The notes: generated by a model from the sequence alone, not told the origin. A stretch of DNA of 24,168 nt from Nitrospinota bacterium (GCA_046581755.1 JAYGFR010000019.1:1-24168); one strand, 5' to 3'. Shown: positions 1-8,551, counted from the stretch's first letter. Made by a program: numbers and translations.

Positions 1-693
1 TGAATTGAACATTTAGCAAAGACCGGGGTCATCGACATCGCCTCTATGGACACCAAAGCCGAGGATTCGGCGAGCGAATTGATCCATGACAACCAGAACC
101 CAGTGGGTCTTGAGGGAAATAGACTCGCACCGAAACAAATCGACACTCCAGAGGCTATCCTTCATATGGCCGATAAGGGTGAGCCATGAGGGGCCATCTC
201 CTGGCTCTGGCCGATAATGCTTGGCAAGTACCCGTCTCACGACATCTTTATCGATGTATATGCCAAAAGTCCTCGCGATTTCCAGGGCGATCCTGGGAGT
301 GCCGAACCTGGGATTGCGGTGCTTCATCTCAAGGATAAGCTGGATGAGCTCTGGTGATGGTCCCTTGGGCCCTGGCTTACTTCTTTTCTTGGAGGAGTAG
401 AGCAGGCGAAATTTTCGCTTCTTGAGAGCCTGGTGAAATCCAAGGATCGTTGATGGTTTGATGGTAATGGCCGAACGCGTAGTGCGCCGTGGAGCAAGAA
501 GAGTAGCCAAGAATCCGAAAAAGAGGCGGTCAAGAGGCGTGAGGTTGGGCGCCCTCAGCCGGGATCGGTTGATGACGAGAAGTTGCTGCTTCAGGAGGAG
601 ATTTTCGGAGACGAGAGCCTTCGCGCCGCCAGGTCTGAGCAGTTTGGCAATCGTGGCCAGGATGTGGGCGAAAACAACGAATAAATTCTCCAT
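1..693 (-). pseudogene. Integrase-core (rve/DDE) transposase, IS481/IS3-like, interrupted by an in-frame TAA at 13-15; continues off the left edge
   Basis: HTH-like 'GPKGPSPELIQLILEMKHRNPRFGTPRIA' and the start of the RNase H-fold core 'WSVDLFRCESISLKTHWVLVVMDQFARRILGFGV'. Past TAA the frame reads ATG TTC AAT TCA (MFNS), matching the 'LCxMFN' segment I recall from this family. The later catalytic D/E residues are missing from the 226-aa ORF. Confidence 0.8.
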
Positions 694-762
694 GGCGGGC
701 GAGGTTAGGTGAGCCCGCGCCCGAGAGCAAGGCGAGGAAATGATTGATTTCAGGTAAAATCA

Positions 763-781
763 CTAATTCGCCATGAACAGG
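763..781 (-). mobile_element. Probable left terminal inverted repeat of the IS; element end near 779 (minus strand TGTTCATGGCGAATTAG...)
   Basis: TGT-starting end, as in IS481-type elements, about 86 bp upstream of the transposase ATG. A 17/18 identical copy occurs in the opposite orientation at 23502-23519. Confidence 0.65.
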
Positions 782-811
782 GCTGTACAGATCTAATTAA
801 GGAGTCCAATT

Positions 812-1540
812 ATGCCGAGCAATGAAAATCCCACGGCGCTGGTCGTCAGCGCTCATTCGGCCGACTTTGTTTGGCGGGCGGGGGGCGCCATCGCCCTTTA
901 TGCCAAACGCGGCTACAAGGTCATCATCGTGTGCTTGTCCTACGGTGAGCGTGGTGAGTCCGCGAAGCTCTGGAGGCAAGAGGGGTACACAATCGAAAAA
1001 GTGAAAACCGAGCGCCGCAAGGAAGCGGAGACGGCGGCGGAGATATTGGGCGGAGAAACCGTGTTTTTTGACATCGGGGATTACCCCTTGCGCCTGACCG
1101 ATGACCATCTATTTCAATTGGTTGATATTTTCCGGGAGCATCATCCCGAGTTTGTGCTCACCCACTCCAAAGAAGACCCTTATAATTTCGACCATCCCCT
1201 CGCCACGCAATTCGCCCAAGAGGCGCGGATAATCGCCCAGGCGCACGGGCACAAACCAGGCGAAAAAGTGTTGGGAGCGCCGGGGGTTTTTCTTTTTGAG
1301 CCCCATCAAACGGAGCAGTGCAACTGGAAGCCGGATGTTTTGCTCGACATTTCCGATGTCTGGGATGTCAAGCGCAAAGCCATTGAGGCGATGGCGGGCC
1401 AAGAGCACCTTTGGGAGTACTACACAAGGGTCGCCTTGCAGCGAGGCGTTCAAGGCGGTAGGAACTCTGGTCGAGCAGGGATGACCCATGGCGAGGGCTA
1501 TCAGCGTATCTTCCCCCAGGTTACAGGGGCATTCTCATGA
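812..1540 (+). CDS. galB: 4-oxalomesaconate hydratase (PIG-L/LmbE family)
   Basis: Motifs 'LVVSAHSADFVWRAGGAIAL', 'CLSYGERGESAKLW', 'DPYNFDHP' and 'GQEHLWEYYTRVALQRG' closely match Pseudomonas GalB. AAGGAG SD at 799-804. Adjacent to galC and galD. Confidence 0.95.
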   Translation: MPSNENPTALVVSAHSADFVWRAGGAIALYAKRGYKVIIVCLSYGERGESAKLWRQEGYTIEKVKTERRKEAETAAEILGGETVFFDIGDYPLRLTDDHLFQLVDIFREHHPEFVLTHSKEDPYNFDHPLATQFAQEARIIAQAHGHKPGEKVLGAPGVFLFEPHQTEQCNWKPDVLLDISDVWDVKRKAIEAMAGQEHLWEYYTRVALQRGVQGGRNSGRAGMTHGEGYQRIFPQVTGAFS

Positions 1541-2235
1541 GCGGTGTTGTGGTAAGGAATTTCAAGCGGCCAGATAGCGCGATTATAGAGAGCCTGGGAA
1601 AGTCCGGGGTCGCCACTGTTCACGAAGCGCAGGGCCGAAAAGGGTTAATGGCTCCCTATATGAACCCGATTTATCCAGGCGCGGCGACTTCGGGCCCGGC
1701 GGTCACTGTGCTTTCCGCTCCGGGGGACAACTGGATGCTGCACGTAGTCGTTGAGGTCTGCCAGCCAGGCGATGTGGTTGTCATGGCGGCGACCTCCGGA
1801 AACACGGATGGATATTTTGGCGAACTTCTCGCTACCTCCATGGCCTTAAAAGGCGTCCGTGGTCTCTTCATTGACGCAGGCTGCCGGGATGTCAGGGAGT
1901 TATCGGAAATGAAATTTCCCGTGTGGTCCAAAGCGGTATCCGCTCAGGGAACGGTGAAGGAGACCGTCGGCTCTGTGAATATTCCCATCGTATGTGCAGG
2001 GCAGCACGTTAGACCGGGAGATATCGTCATTGGGGATGATGACGGAGTTGTCATCGTTCCCAGTCAAGAGGCCGAGCAGGCTGTAAAATCTGCGGAGGAG
2101 CGGATCGCCCGCGAGAATAAAACCAGGGAACGGCTTCAAAATGGCGAGCTGGGGGTCGATATTTATAAAATGCGCTCCAGGCTGGCGGAAAAAGGCCTTA
2201 CTTACGTCGATAATATTGAAGATTTGGAGGCCTAA
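1537..2235 (+). CDS. galC: 4-carboxy-4-hydroxy-2-oxoadipate / HMG aldolase (RraA-like fold; GalC/LigK)
   Basis: 'GVATVHEAQGRKGL', 'PGDNWMLHV', 'DGYFGELLATS', 'IDAGCRDV', 'AQGTVKET.GSVN', 'GDDDGVV'. ATGA overlap with the galB stop. Confidence 0.93.
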   Translation: MSGVVVRNFKRPDSAIIESLGKSGVATVHEAQGRKGLMAPYMNPIYPGAATSGPAVTVLSAPGDNWMLHVVVEVCQPGDVVVMAATSGNTDGYFGELLATSMALKGVRGLFIDAGCRDVRELSEMKFPVWSKAVSAQGTVKETVGSVNIPIVCAGQHVRPGDIVIGDDDGVVIVPSQEAEQAVKSAEERIARENKTRERLQNGELGVDIYKMRSRLAEKGLTYVDNIEDLEA

Positions 2236-2239
2236 GCAA

Positions 2240-3334
2240 TTGCAAATCGGAATAAAATCAACCCTGATGCGGGGCGGAACTTCCAAAGGCGTTTATTTCC
2301 TGGCCAATAATTTGCCGGACGATGAGGAGACACGCGACCGGGTATTATTGTCGGTCATGGGTTCTCCGGATGACCGCCAAATCGATGGAATTGGCGGGGC
2401 CAATCCTTTAACCAGCAAAGTCGCGATTGTCAGCCGCTCGGGTAGGCCCGGCGTCGATGTGGACTACTTGTTCGCCCAGGTTTTCGTAGACAGGCCCGTA
2501 GTCGGGTATGGCCAAAATTGCGGGAACATTTTGGCCGGAATTGGTCCCTTCGCGATCGAGCAAGGCTTGGTTGAGGCCAAGGACTCCACCACTGAAATGG
2601 TTATCCATATGGTGAATAGCGGGGACACCGCCATCGCCACCATCCAAACGCCGAACGGGGAAGTAAATTATGAAGGGGATGCGATAATTGACGGCGTCCC
2701 TGGAACGTCTGCTCCAGTCGTGCTCAATTTCATGGAAACAGCGGGCTCAATGTGCGGCGCCTTGTTGCCTACGGGAAATGCCGTTGACGAAATTGATGGC
2801 GTGAAGGTGACCTGCATCGATAACGGGATGCCGATAGTTGTTCTTCCGGCGATGGAATTTGGAATAACAGGAGATGAAACCGTCGAGCAAATGGAAGCGA
2901 ATTCGGCTCTCAAGGAACGATTGGAGCGTATCCGGCTGGAACTGGGCCCGAAGATGAATTTGGACGACGTCGCGGATAAAACAGTTCCGAAAATGACTTT
3001 GATTTCGCCGCCCCAAAATGGCGGGATTGTTTCCACTCGCTCTTTTATCCCGCATCGTTGCCACTCATCCATCGGCGTTTTTGCCGCCGTGTCTGTAGCC
3101 ACTGCCTGCCTTATTCCTGGAACTCCGGCTTCGGATATCGCTTCAATGGAAAATGCTTCGGGAAACCGAATGTCCGTCGAACACCCCAGTGGTGCGATGG
3201 GGGTGGAAATTGAAGTGGAAATAGTGGGTAACGCCATAAATGTAAAACGATCCGCTTTTTTAAGAACCACCCGAAAAATCAGTGAGGGAGTGGTTTTTGT
3301 TCCAGAGGAAATCTTAGGGACTTCCAAAAAATGA
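2240..3334 (+). CDS. galD: 4-oxalomesaconate tautomerase (PrpF family; GalD/LigU); probable TTG start at 2240
   Basis: 'MRGGTSKG', 'GSPDDRQIDGIGGANPLTSKVAI', 'QNCGNILAG', 'IDNGMP', 'EHPSG'. GGAGG at 2226-2230 precedes an in-frame TTG at 2240, so the ORF-track start at 2141 is an over-extension into galC. Confidence 0.92.
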   Translation: MQIGIKSTLMRGGTSKGVYFLANNLPDDEETRDRVLLSVMGSPDDRQIDGIGGANPLTSKVAIVSRSGRPGVDVDYLFAQVFVDRPVVGYGQNCGNILAGIGPFAIEQGLVEAKDSTTEMVIHMVNSGDTAIATIQTPNGEVNYEGDAIIDGVPGTSAPVVLNFMETAGSMCGALLPTGNAVDEIDGVKVTCIDNGMPIVVLPAMEFGITGDETVEQMEANSALKERLERIRLELGPKMNLDDVADKTVPKMTLISPPQNGGIVSTRSFIPHRCHSSIGVFAAVSVATACLIPGTPASDIASMENASGNRMSVEHPSGAMGVEIEVEIVGNAINVKRSAFLRTTRKISEGVVFVPEEILGTSKK

Positions 3335-3615
3335 CAAACATCGTGTTCGTGCCGAATTTCTAATTTGTCATGAGTGCGTCCACACAATCACCCCGTCCCT
3401 TGGTTTTCTGAAACAAAAGCGGGTTCCGTGAGGTATGGCCCGATGAATGAATCAGAGGATAGTAGTCGTCTTTTGCCTGATTGGCCTATCTATAAACAAA
3501 TTGCTTCCAAATTTAAATTGCGAGTCGTGGGCGAGGATTTTTTGCGTTGCTGGAGGCGTATCTGCAGGCGGAACGATTTTTTGATCCCTCGAAATCATAA
3601 GGAGATTTATACATC

Positions 3616-4701
3616 ATGACGCAGGGTCACGAAGGTTTCGATCTTGAAGAGTTATTGAAAGTCGAAGTTTCAAGCGAGCGAATCGAAAGGCTTAAGGAAT
3701 GGACTAAGTTTGACGATCCGGACATGACTCCCGAGGTGGAGGAGTATCTTCACCGCCAGTTCGCGAAGTTGTGCCACATCCAATACGGCCGATTCCTCGC
3801 CGGGGTGACGTTCACCGAGGAGGATATCGACGAATGCATGTGCGGCGCCATAGATATTCACACCCACGGAGGCTCTGATCCTTTCGACAGGCTCCTGCTC
3901 GAGGACGAGATGGCCATTGAACACACCCAGGCGCGTATGCGGGCGCTGGTCATCAAGACCTGGTACACCCCGAGCGCATCGCGGGTTGCCATGGCCGAAA
4001 GGGCGCTGAAGCAATGGATTGAACGCCAAGAGGATGAAACCCTGGTTCCGGCGAAAGTGTTCGGCGGAATCACCCTGAATTACAGCCAGGGAGGGCTCAA
4101 TCCAGAAGCCGTCAAAAAGTGCCTGGGTTTTCCGGGGATGAAATACGTGTGGATGCCCATGGTGGACAGCTACCATCACCGCCGCGTGGTGTTCGATGAT
4201 CAGGACTACGGTCTTCGCATCGTGGACGATAAGTACAATGTGCTGGCGCCTTTGAAGGAAATATGTCAAATCGCGGCGGACAATAACCTCACCATCGCCA
4301 GCGGACACTATCCCGCGGAAGACACGCGTGCGCTCATGGAATACGCGAAAAAGGCCGGCGTCAGGCACATGGAGATCATCCATCCCACCCACATTCACTC
4401 GAAACACACGATAGAGGATATGAAGCAGGCGGCCTCCGAGGGCGTGAAGCTGATGCTGATGGGGCTCGGGTCCACTTGTTTTCCGATCCACGAAACAGGT
4501 CCGCTCTACAGCGTCCGGATGATCAAGGAGGTGGGCGCGGAGAACCTGGTCTACGGATCGGACCTGGGACAAATTCAGAACCCCTCGCACGTCACCATCA
4601 CGAGGTGGCTGATGAAGCTATTGCTCAGCTTTGGGGCGACCAAGGAAGAGGTGAAGACCGTTTTCCAGACTGCACCGGCCGCCCATCTAGAACTCGACTA
4701 A
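3616..4701 (+). CDS. DUF6282-like metal-dependent amidohydrolase-superfamily protein with an N-terminal extension
   Basis: 'GAIDIHTH' (HxH), 'VFGGITLN..GGLNPEAV', 'VWMP', 'ASGHY', 'IIHP', 'GSDLGQ' give the amidohydrolase TIM-barrel ligand pattern. TAAGGAG SD at about 3598-3604. Confidence 0.75.
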   Translation: MTQGHEGFDLEELLKVEVSSERIERLKEWTKFDDPDMTPEVEEYLHRQFAKLCHIQYGRFLAGVTFTEEDIDECMCGAIDIHTHGGSDPFDRLLLEDEMAIEHTQARMRALVIKTWYTPSASRVAMAERALKQWIERQEDETLVPAKVFGGITLNYSQGGLNPEAVKKCLGFPGMKYVWMPMVDSYHHRRVVFDDQDYGLRIVDDKYNVLAPLKEICQIAADNNLTIASGHYPAEDTRALMEYAKKAGVRHMEIIHPTHIHSKHTIEDMKQAASEGVKLMLMGLGSTCFPIHETGPLYSVRMIKEVGAENLVYGSDLGQIQNPSHVTITRWLMKLLLSFGATKEEVKTVFQTAPAAHLELD

Positions 4702-4711
4702 GGGGGGAGAA

Positions 4712-4825
4712 GTGCCGGGCGCTCCGAAAAATCGGCCAGCCGGCACATGATCTGGGGAAGATATTTTAGCCATGAAGAAAATAGCGGGAAACCGGATATG
4801 ACTGAGAGAGCTCAGTGTGTTTTGT
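4712..4825. terminator. Possible stem-loops/terminator between convergent genes
   Basis: GTGCCGG(4712-18)...CCGGCAC(4740-46) with an inner CCGA-AAAA-TCGG, and ACTGAG-AGAG-CTCAGT (4801-4816) followed by a GT/T-rich run. Confidence 0.3.
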
Positions 4826-4893
4826 CTCCCTGCCTATTAATGATGAGGCTCCTCTCATTTACTTATGGGTTCGGCCCCGCGCCGGCCTAGGTT

Positions 4894-6594
4894 CTATTGA
4901 GCCGGTGCGGAAGAGGCCCTAGTCCCGACGGATGAGGAGATGGGCTCGAACCGGGCTTCGATTCCGGCATCCGTTTTTCGGACGAAGACGTTTCCAAGCC
5001 AATTTTCGTTATCTTCTTCCGGGTAATCTTCCCTGAAATGAGCTCCGCGAGATTCTTTTCGAATGAGGGCGGACCGGATGGCCGCCTCGGAAGTGTCCAG
5101 CATGTTCAGCAGTTCGTGATACCGGATGATGTGGTCCGGCTTCCGAATTTTTCCGCCCCGGAGGAGATCCCGGATTTTCGCGATTGAATACAGCCCAGCG
5201 AGCAGGCTTTCCTCGGTCCGAATGATGCCGTTTTTTTTCCAATTGATTTCCCTCATTTCCCGGCGCAGGTCAGCGATGTCGGGTCCCTCTTCCTGAAATG
5301 CAAGGGAGGGGAGCATCGCCGCGATGGATTCCTTTCCGGCAGGGCGCGGCATTTCCCGTCCCCTGGCATATTCGGTCGCAGCGGCGCCGGAGAGGGCGCC
5401 GAACACGATGCATTCACTGAAGGCGTTGCCGCTCAGGCGGTTAGCGCCATGCGTTCCGCCGCAGGCCTCTCCCGCCGCGAAAAGGCCATGCACCCCACTT
5501 TCGAGGTGGCGGTTGACCGAAATGCCGCCCATATAGTGGTGCACCACAGGGGTAACAATCACCGGGTCTTTCCCGAATTCAAGATTGAGCCTGCGCATGG
5601 CTTCGGTGAGGTGGTGGAATTTCACCTCGAGCACTTCCCGATCAACGCCCGAAGCGTCGAGGTAAACACCGCCTTCCACGCCCCGTCCGGCCTGCACTTC
5701 TTGGAATATAGCGAGACTGGTCTGATCGCGCGTCGCCATGTCCTTGGCTTCGGGGTAATAGCTCGGCATGAAGCGCTCTTGATTTTTGTTCCGGAATACC
5801 GCTCCCTCTCCCATCATGACGCTCGAGATGGTGGAGCGAAACGGGCTGATCCCCCAATTGGGGTAGAATTGCGGAAATTCCATGTCGCGGAGATCCGCGC
5901 CGGCGTTGAGCGCCAACGCATAGCTGTCGCCCGTGATATCCGCGGTGTTATTCGTCAGGGAGAACATCTGTCCAGCACCACCGGCGGCGATGATAACCGC
6001 TTTGGCGTGAATAACGAGATAGCGTTCTTTTTCCTCATCCATGGCCAGTGCACTTTCGATGGCACCGTCCCGGCTAAGGAGTCTGAGAATGGGAGTGCGA
6101 TCCAATAAGGTGACACCCAGATTTTCCGCGAATTTCAAAAGGGGAATGGTGATGGACTGTCCCCGCGCATTTTTAGGCAGGTGATCGCTCTCTGTCCGGA
6201 GACTGCGCCGTTTGGTGTGGCCGGGAGGCTGCCCTCGCAGAAGATTTCCGCTTTTGTCCCGGCCGAGGACGACGCCGAAGCGGGTGAGTCCGAAGACTTC
6301 TTTTTCCGAATTTTCCGCCAGCATGCGGGACAGAATGGGGTCGCATAAATCTTTTCCGCTCGCCAGCGTATCCGCAACATGTTGTTCAATGGAATCTTCC
6401 GGGTCCACATTGGGGGATCCGACGGCGATACCGCCTTCGGCCACAAGTGTGTTTCCGCTGCGGCCAGCCTTCCGTTTGCAGGCAATCATGACCCGGACGC
6501 CACCCTCGGCGGCGGCGATGGCCGCGCGGAGCCCCGCAAGGCCGCCTCCCACAATTAAGACGTCTGTATCGAGTTGATCGACAGTTAGGGTCAT
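4894..6594 (-). CDS. FAD-dependent oxidoreductase of the SdhA/FrdA/NadB flavoprotein family (stand-alone, substrate unknown)
   Basis: 'DVLIVGGGLAGLRAA' dinucleotide fold, 'AAGGAG', 'TGD', 'ATRD', 'HHYMGG', 'GLFAAGE..GGTHGANRLSGN', C-terminal 'RKESRGAHFREDYP'. Confidence 0.88.
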   Translation of the reverse strand: MTLTVDQLDTDVLIVGGGLAGLRAAIAAAEGGVRVMIACKRKAGRSGNTLVAEGGIAVGSPNVDPEDSIEQHVADTLASGKDLCDPILSRMLAENSEKEVFGLTRFGVVLGRDKSGNLLRGQPPGHTKRRSLRTESDHLPKNARGQSITIPLLKFAENLGVTLLDRTPILRLLSRDGAIESALAMDEEKERYLVIHAKAVIIAAGGAGQMFSLTNNTADITGDSYALALNAGADLRDMEFPQFYPNWGISPFRSTISSVMMGEGAVFRNKNQERFMPSYYPEAKDMATRDQTSLAIFQEVQAGRGVEGGVYLDASGVDREVLEVKFHHLTEAMRRLNLEFGKDPVIVTPVVHHYMGGISVNRHLESGVHGLFAAGEACGGTHGANRLSGNAFSECIVFGALSGAAATEYARGREMPRPAGKESIAAMLPSLAFQEEGPDIADLRREMREINWKKNGIIRTEESLLAGLYSIAKIRDLLRGGKIRKPDHIIRYHELLNMLDTSEAAIRSALIRKESRGAHFREDYPEEDNENWLGNVFVRKTDAGIEARFEPISSSVGTRASSAPAQ

Positions 6595-6597
6595 AAA

Positions 6598-7344
6598 TCA
6601 CTTGCTGGCGGGGTGAGCCGGGGTGCGCGCAACGCTCTCGAGCAGGCGGCCCGCCCCCGGAATCGAATCGGCGATTCCGGCCGCTCCGAGCGCCGCCCAG
6701 AGCAGCGCCCCATTGCTGGTGACGACGGGTTTTCCGAGTTCGGCTTCGAGCGGTGCGGATGCGGGAAGCGCCCGGATGTCGGTCGCCAACAGGGCAATGG
6801 CGTCCGCATCGGGGCAGTCGGCCTGACGTCCGAGTTCGACGATGCTGGAAACGGGAAGGCGGCAAATCTCCCTCTTGTCCGTCACCCGCATGTTCACGAT
6901 CCGGACTGCTTCGAGCCCATGGTGTGCGCAGTATTCGTTCAGGATCGGGTTCATGGACTCGGGATAGGTTACGCCGATGGCGATTCGATTGGCGCCGAGT
7001 GAGTGAAGAGCCTCCGCGGTGGCCGTGCTGACGGCGACGGCTGGCAGGCCGGTTTTTTCTTCCACCTTAGAGACGAATTCCTCCGCCCAGCCGGGATTGA
7101 CGGCGATGGCGCTCGCCATGCACGCATATGCGATCAGATCGATGAAAGCGCCTTCGAGTTGTTCCACGGCACGGATGTGGCGGCTTTCGATGTTTCGGGC
7201 CTCTTCGACGCTGAAGGTGCGATCCGTGGAGATGCGCGAAAAGTGGGCCGAGACACCCTCCGGAAGATAATGAGCGCACTCGGCCTCAAGAACGGTGTTG
7301 TTCGAGGGGATGATAAAACCGATGCGCGCGCGATCACCGTACAT
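6598..7344 (-). CDS. Asp/Glu racemase - maleate cis-trans isomerase - arylmalonate decarboxylase family protein (second catalytic Cys absent)
   Basis: 'ARIGFIIPSNNTVLE', 'YACMAS', 'GVTYP', 'LEAELGKPVVTSN'. ATG at 7344 is preceded by an AAGGAAGGA SD. The stop is 3 nt from the flavoprotein start. Confidence 0.85.
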   Translation of the reverse strand: MYGDRARIGFIIPSNNTVLEAECAHYLPEGVSAHFSRISTDRTFSVEEARNIESRHIRAVEQLEGAFIDLIAYACMASAIAVNPGWAEEFVSKVEEKTGLPAVAVSTATAEALHSLGANRIAIGVTYPESMNPILNEYCAHHGLEAVRIVNMRVTDKREICRLPVSSIVELGRQADCPDADAIALLATDIRALPASAPLEAELGKPVVTSNGALLWAALGAAGIADSIPGAGRLLESVARTPAHPASK

Positions 7345-7399
7345 GGCAGGGTCCTTCCTTGGGCTAGCCGAATTTGAACCAGCCGAAATATCGATGGGC

Positions 7400-7429
7400 A
7401 TCATAGCACCGGAAATTTGACCCTGTAAA
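7400..7429 (-). promoter_or_regulatory. Candidate sigma70 promoter for the minus-strand two-gene operon
   Basis: Minus strand reads TTTACA (7429-7424), 18 nt, TATGAT (7405-7400), with an extended -10 TG one base upstream (TGcTATGAT). Confidence 0.55.
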
Positions 7430-7537
7430 TATATGCCGGGTGGCGGCATGGATGTGTTGCCCGAGGTCTTGTTACGTGTTACGGATCAGCGCACACCATG
7501 AAGAGTGGTATTTCGTGTTTGTGCCGGAGGAGCTTTC

Positions 7538-8551
7538 ATGCAGCTTGGCGTCACCATTGTCGGGGACTCGCTGGATAACTTTGTCCGCTATGTCCGGCAG
7601 GCGGATGAGGCCGGTGTCGCCGCCATCGGTTCCGGGGACTCCCAGTCCCTCTACCATGAAGTATGGTCGCGGTGCACACTCGCGGGGGTGAATTCCGAAA
7701 AAGCGCTGGTGGGACCATGGGCGACCAACCCGGTGACCAGGCATCCGAGCGTTACGGCGGGCGCCGCCGCGACGCTTGCCGTGCTTACCGGCGGCCGCGC
7801 CTATGTCGGCATCGGTCCGGGGGACGCCGCTGTATACAACATCGGCCATAAGCCCGCGAAGCTGTCCCGGCTGGAAGAGTATATCAACGCTGTCCGCCGG
7901 CTTTTGGAGGAAGGGGAGGCGGATTGGGATGGAAAACTCGCCCGTCTCGACTATCCGCATCCCCCCGTCAAGATTGCCATGCCCGCTTCCGGTCCCAAGG
8001 CTCTCCGGCTCGCCGGCAAGGTGGCGGATATGGTCTGGGTCTGCACGGGTCTGACGCCGGAGGTGGTCCGCGAAGCCACTTCCATCCTCGCGGAGGGCGC
8101 CGAGGAAGGGGGCAGGACGCTTGACGACCTTGATGTCTGGTGGGTGGGGCTCTTGAACATCCGGGAGAGCCGAAAGGCGGCAATTGAGGAACTCAAATTC
8201 TCCCTCGCCAGTTATGCGCACATCATCTTCCGCTACACCATGGACGGTAAAGCCGTTCCGCCAGAGCTCTCTGGAGCCATCCAGCGCTTGGCGGAGGAGT
8301 ATCAGTCCCGCTTTCACGTCCAGCCAGGCGGTGAAAATCCCAACGCAAAACTCGTGGAGGAACTGGGCCTCAAAGACTATTTGGCAGGCAGACTCTCCAT
8401 CGCGGGAAACCTGGAAGAGTGCCTGGAGCAGTTCCGGCGACTCAAGGACCTGGGGGTGGAGCAAGTTTGGTCGCCGGTCCGGTTTGAGGACAAACAGCCC
8501 CTTATGAACGCCATTTGCAATGAATTGATGCTGGAGTTGGAAAAGATTTAA
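7538..8551 (+). CDS. LLM-class (luciferase-like) flavin-dependent oxidoreductase, Mer-like subgroup (possibly F420-dependent)
   Basis: 'ATNPVTRHPSVTA', 'GGRAYVGIGPGD', 'ASGPKALRLAGKVAD' resemble the Mer/F420-type LLM pattern. GGAGGAG SD before ATG 7538. Confidence 0.85.
   Translation: MQLGVTIVGDSLDNFVRYVRQADEAGVAAIGSGDSQSLYHEVWSRCTLAGVNSEKALVGPWATNPVTRHPSVTAGAAATLAVLTGGRAYVGIGPGDAAVYNIGHKPAKLSRLEEYINAVRRLLEEGEADWDGKLARLDYPHPPVKIAMPASGPKALRLAGKVADMVWVCTGLTPEVVREATSILAEGAEEGGRTLDDLDVWWVGLLNIRESRKAAIEELKFSLASYAHIIFRYTMDGKAVPPELSGAIQRLAEEYQSRFHVQPGGENPNAKLVEELGLKDYLAGRLSIAGNLEECLEQFRRLKDLGVEQVWSPVRFEDKQPLMNAICNELMLELEKI

Noticed and set aside
2141..2239. 33-aa N-terminal extension of galD overlapping galC
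   Set aside because: An SD plus in-frame TTG at 2240 gives an N-terminus the length of known GalD; the extension is just an open frame across the galC 3' end.
3374..3619. 81-aa ORF overlapping the amidohydrolase start
   Set aside because: No convincing SD or recognisable motif, and it has intergenic-like composition; a real small gene cannot be fully excluded.
4894..6594. Assigning sdhA, frdA or nadB
   Set aside because: Key substrate-binding residues differ and no partner genes are present.
7345..7449. 35-aa N-terminal extension of the racemase-family ORF
   Set aside because: There is a good SD before ATG 7344, and a candidate promoter lies inside the supposed extension.
7441..7460. Sigma54 promoter (GGCA...TTGC)
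   Set aside because: GG-to-GC spacing is 12 nt rather than the required 10.
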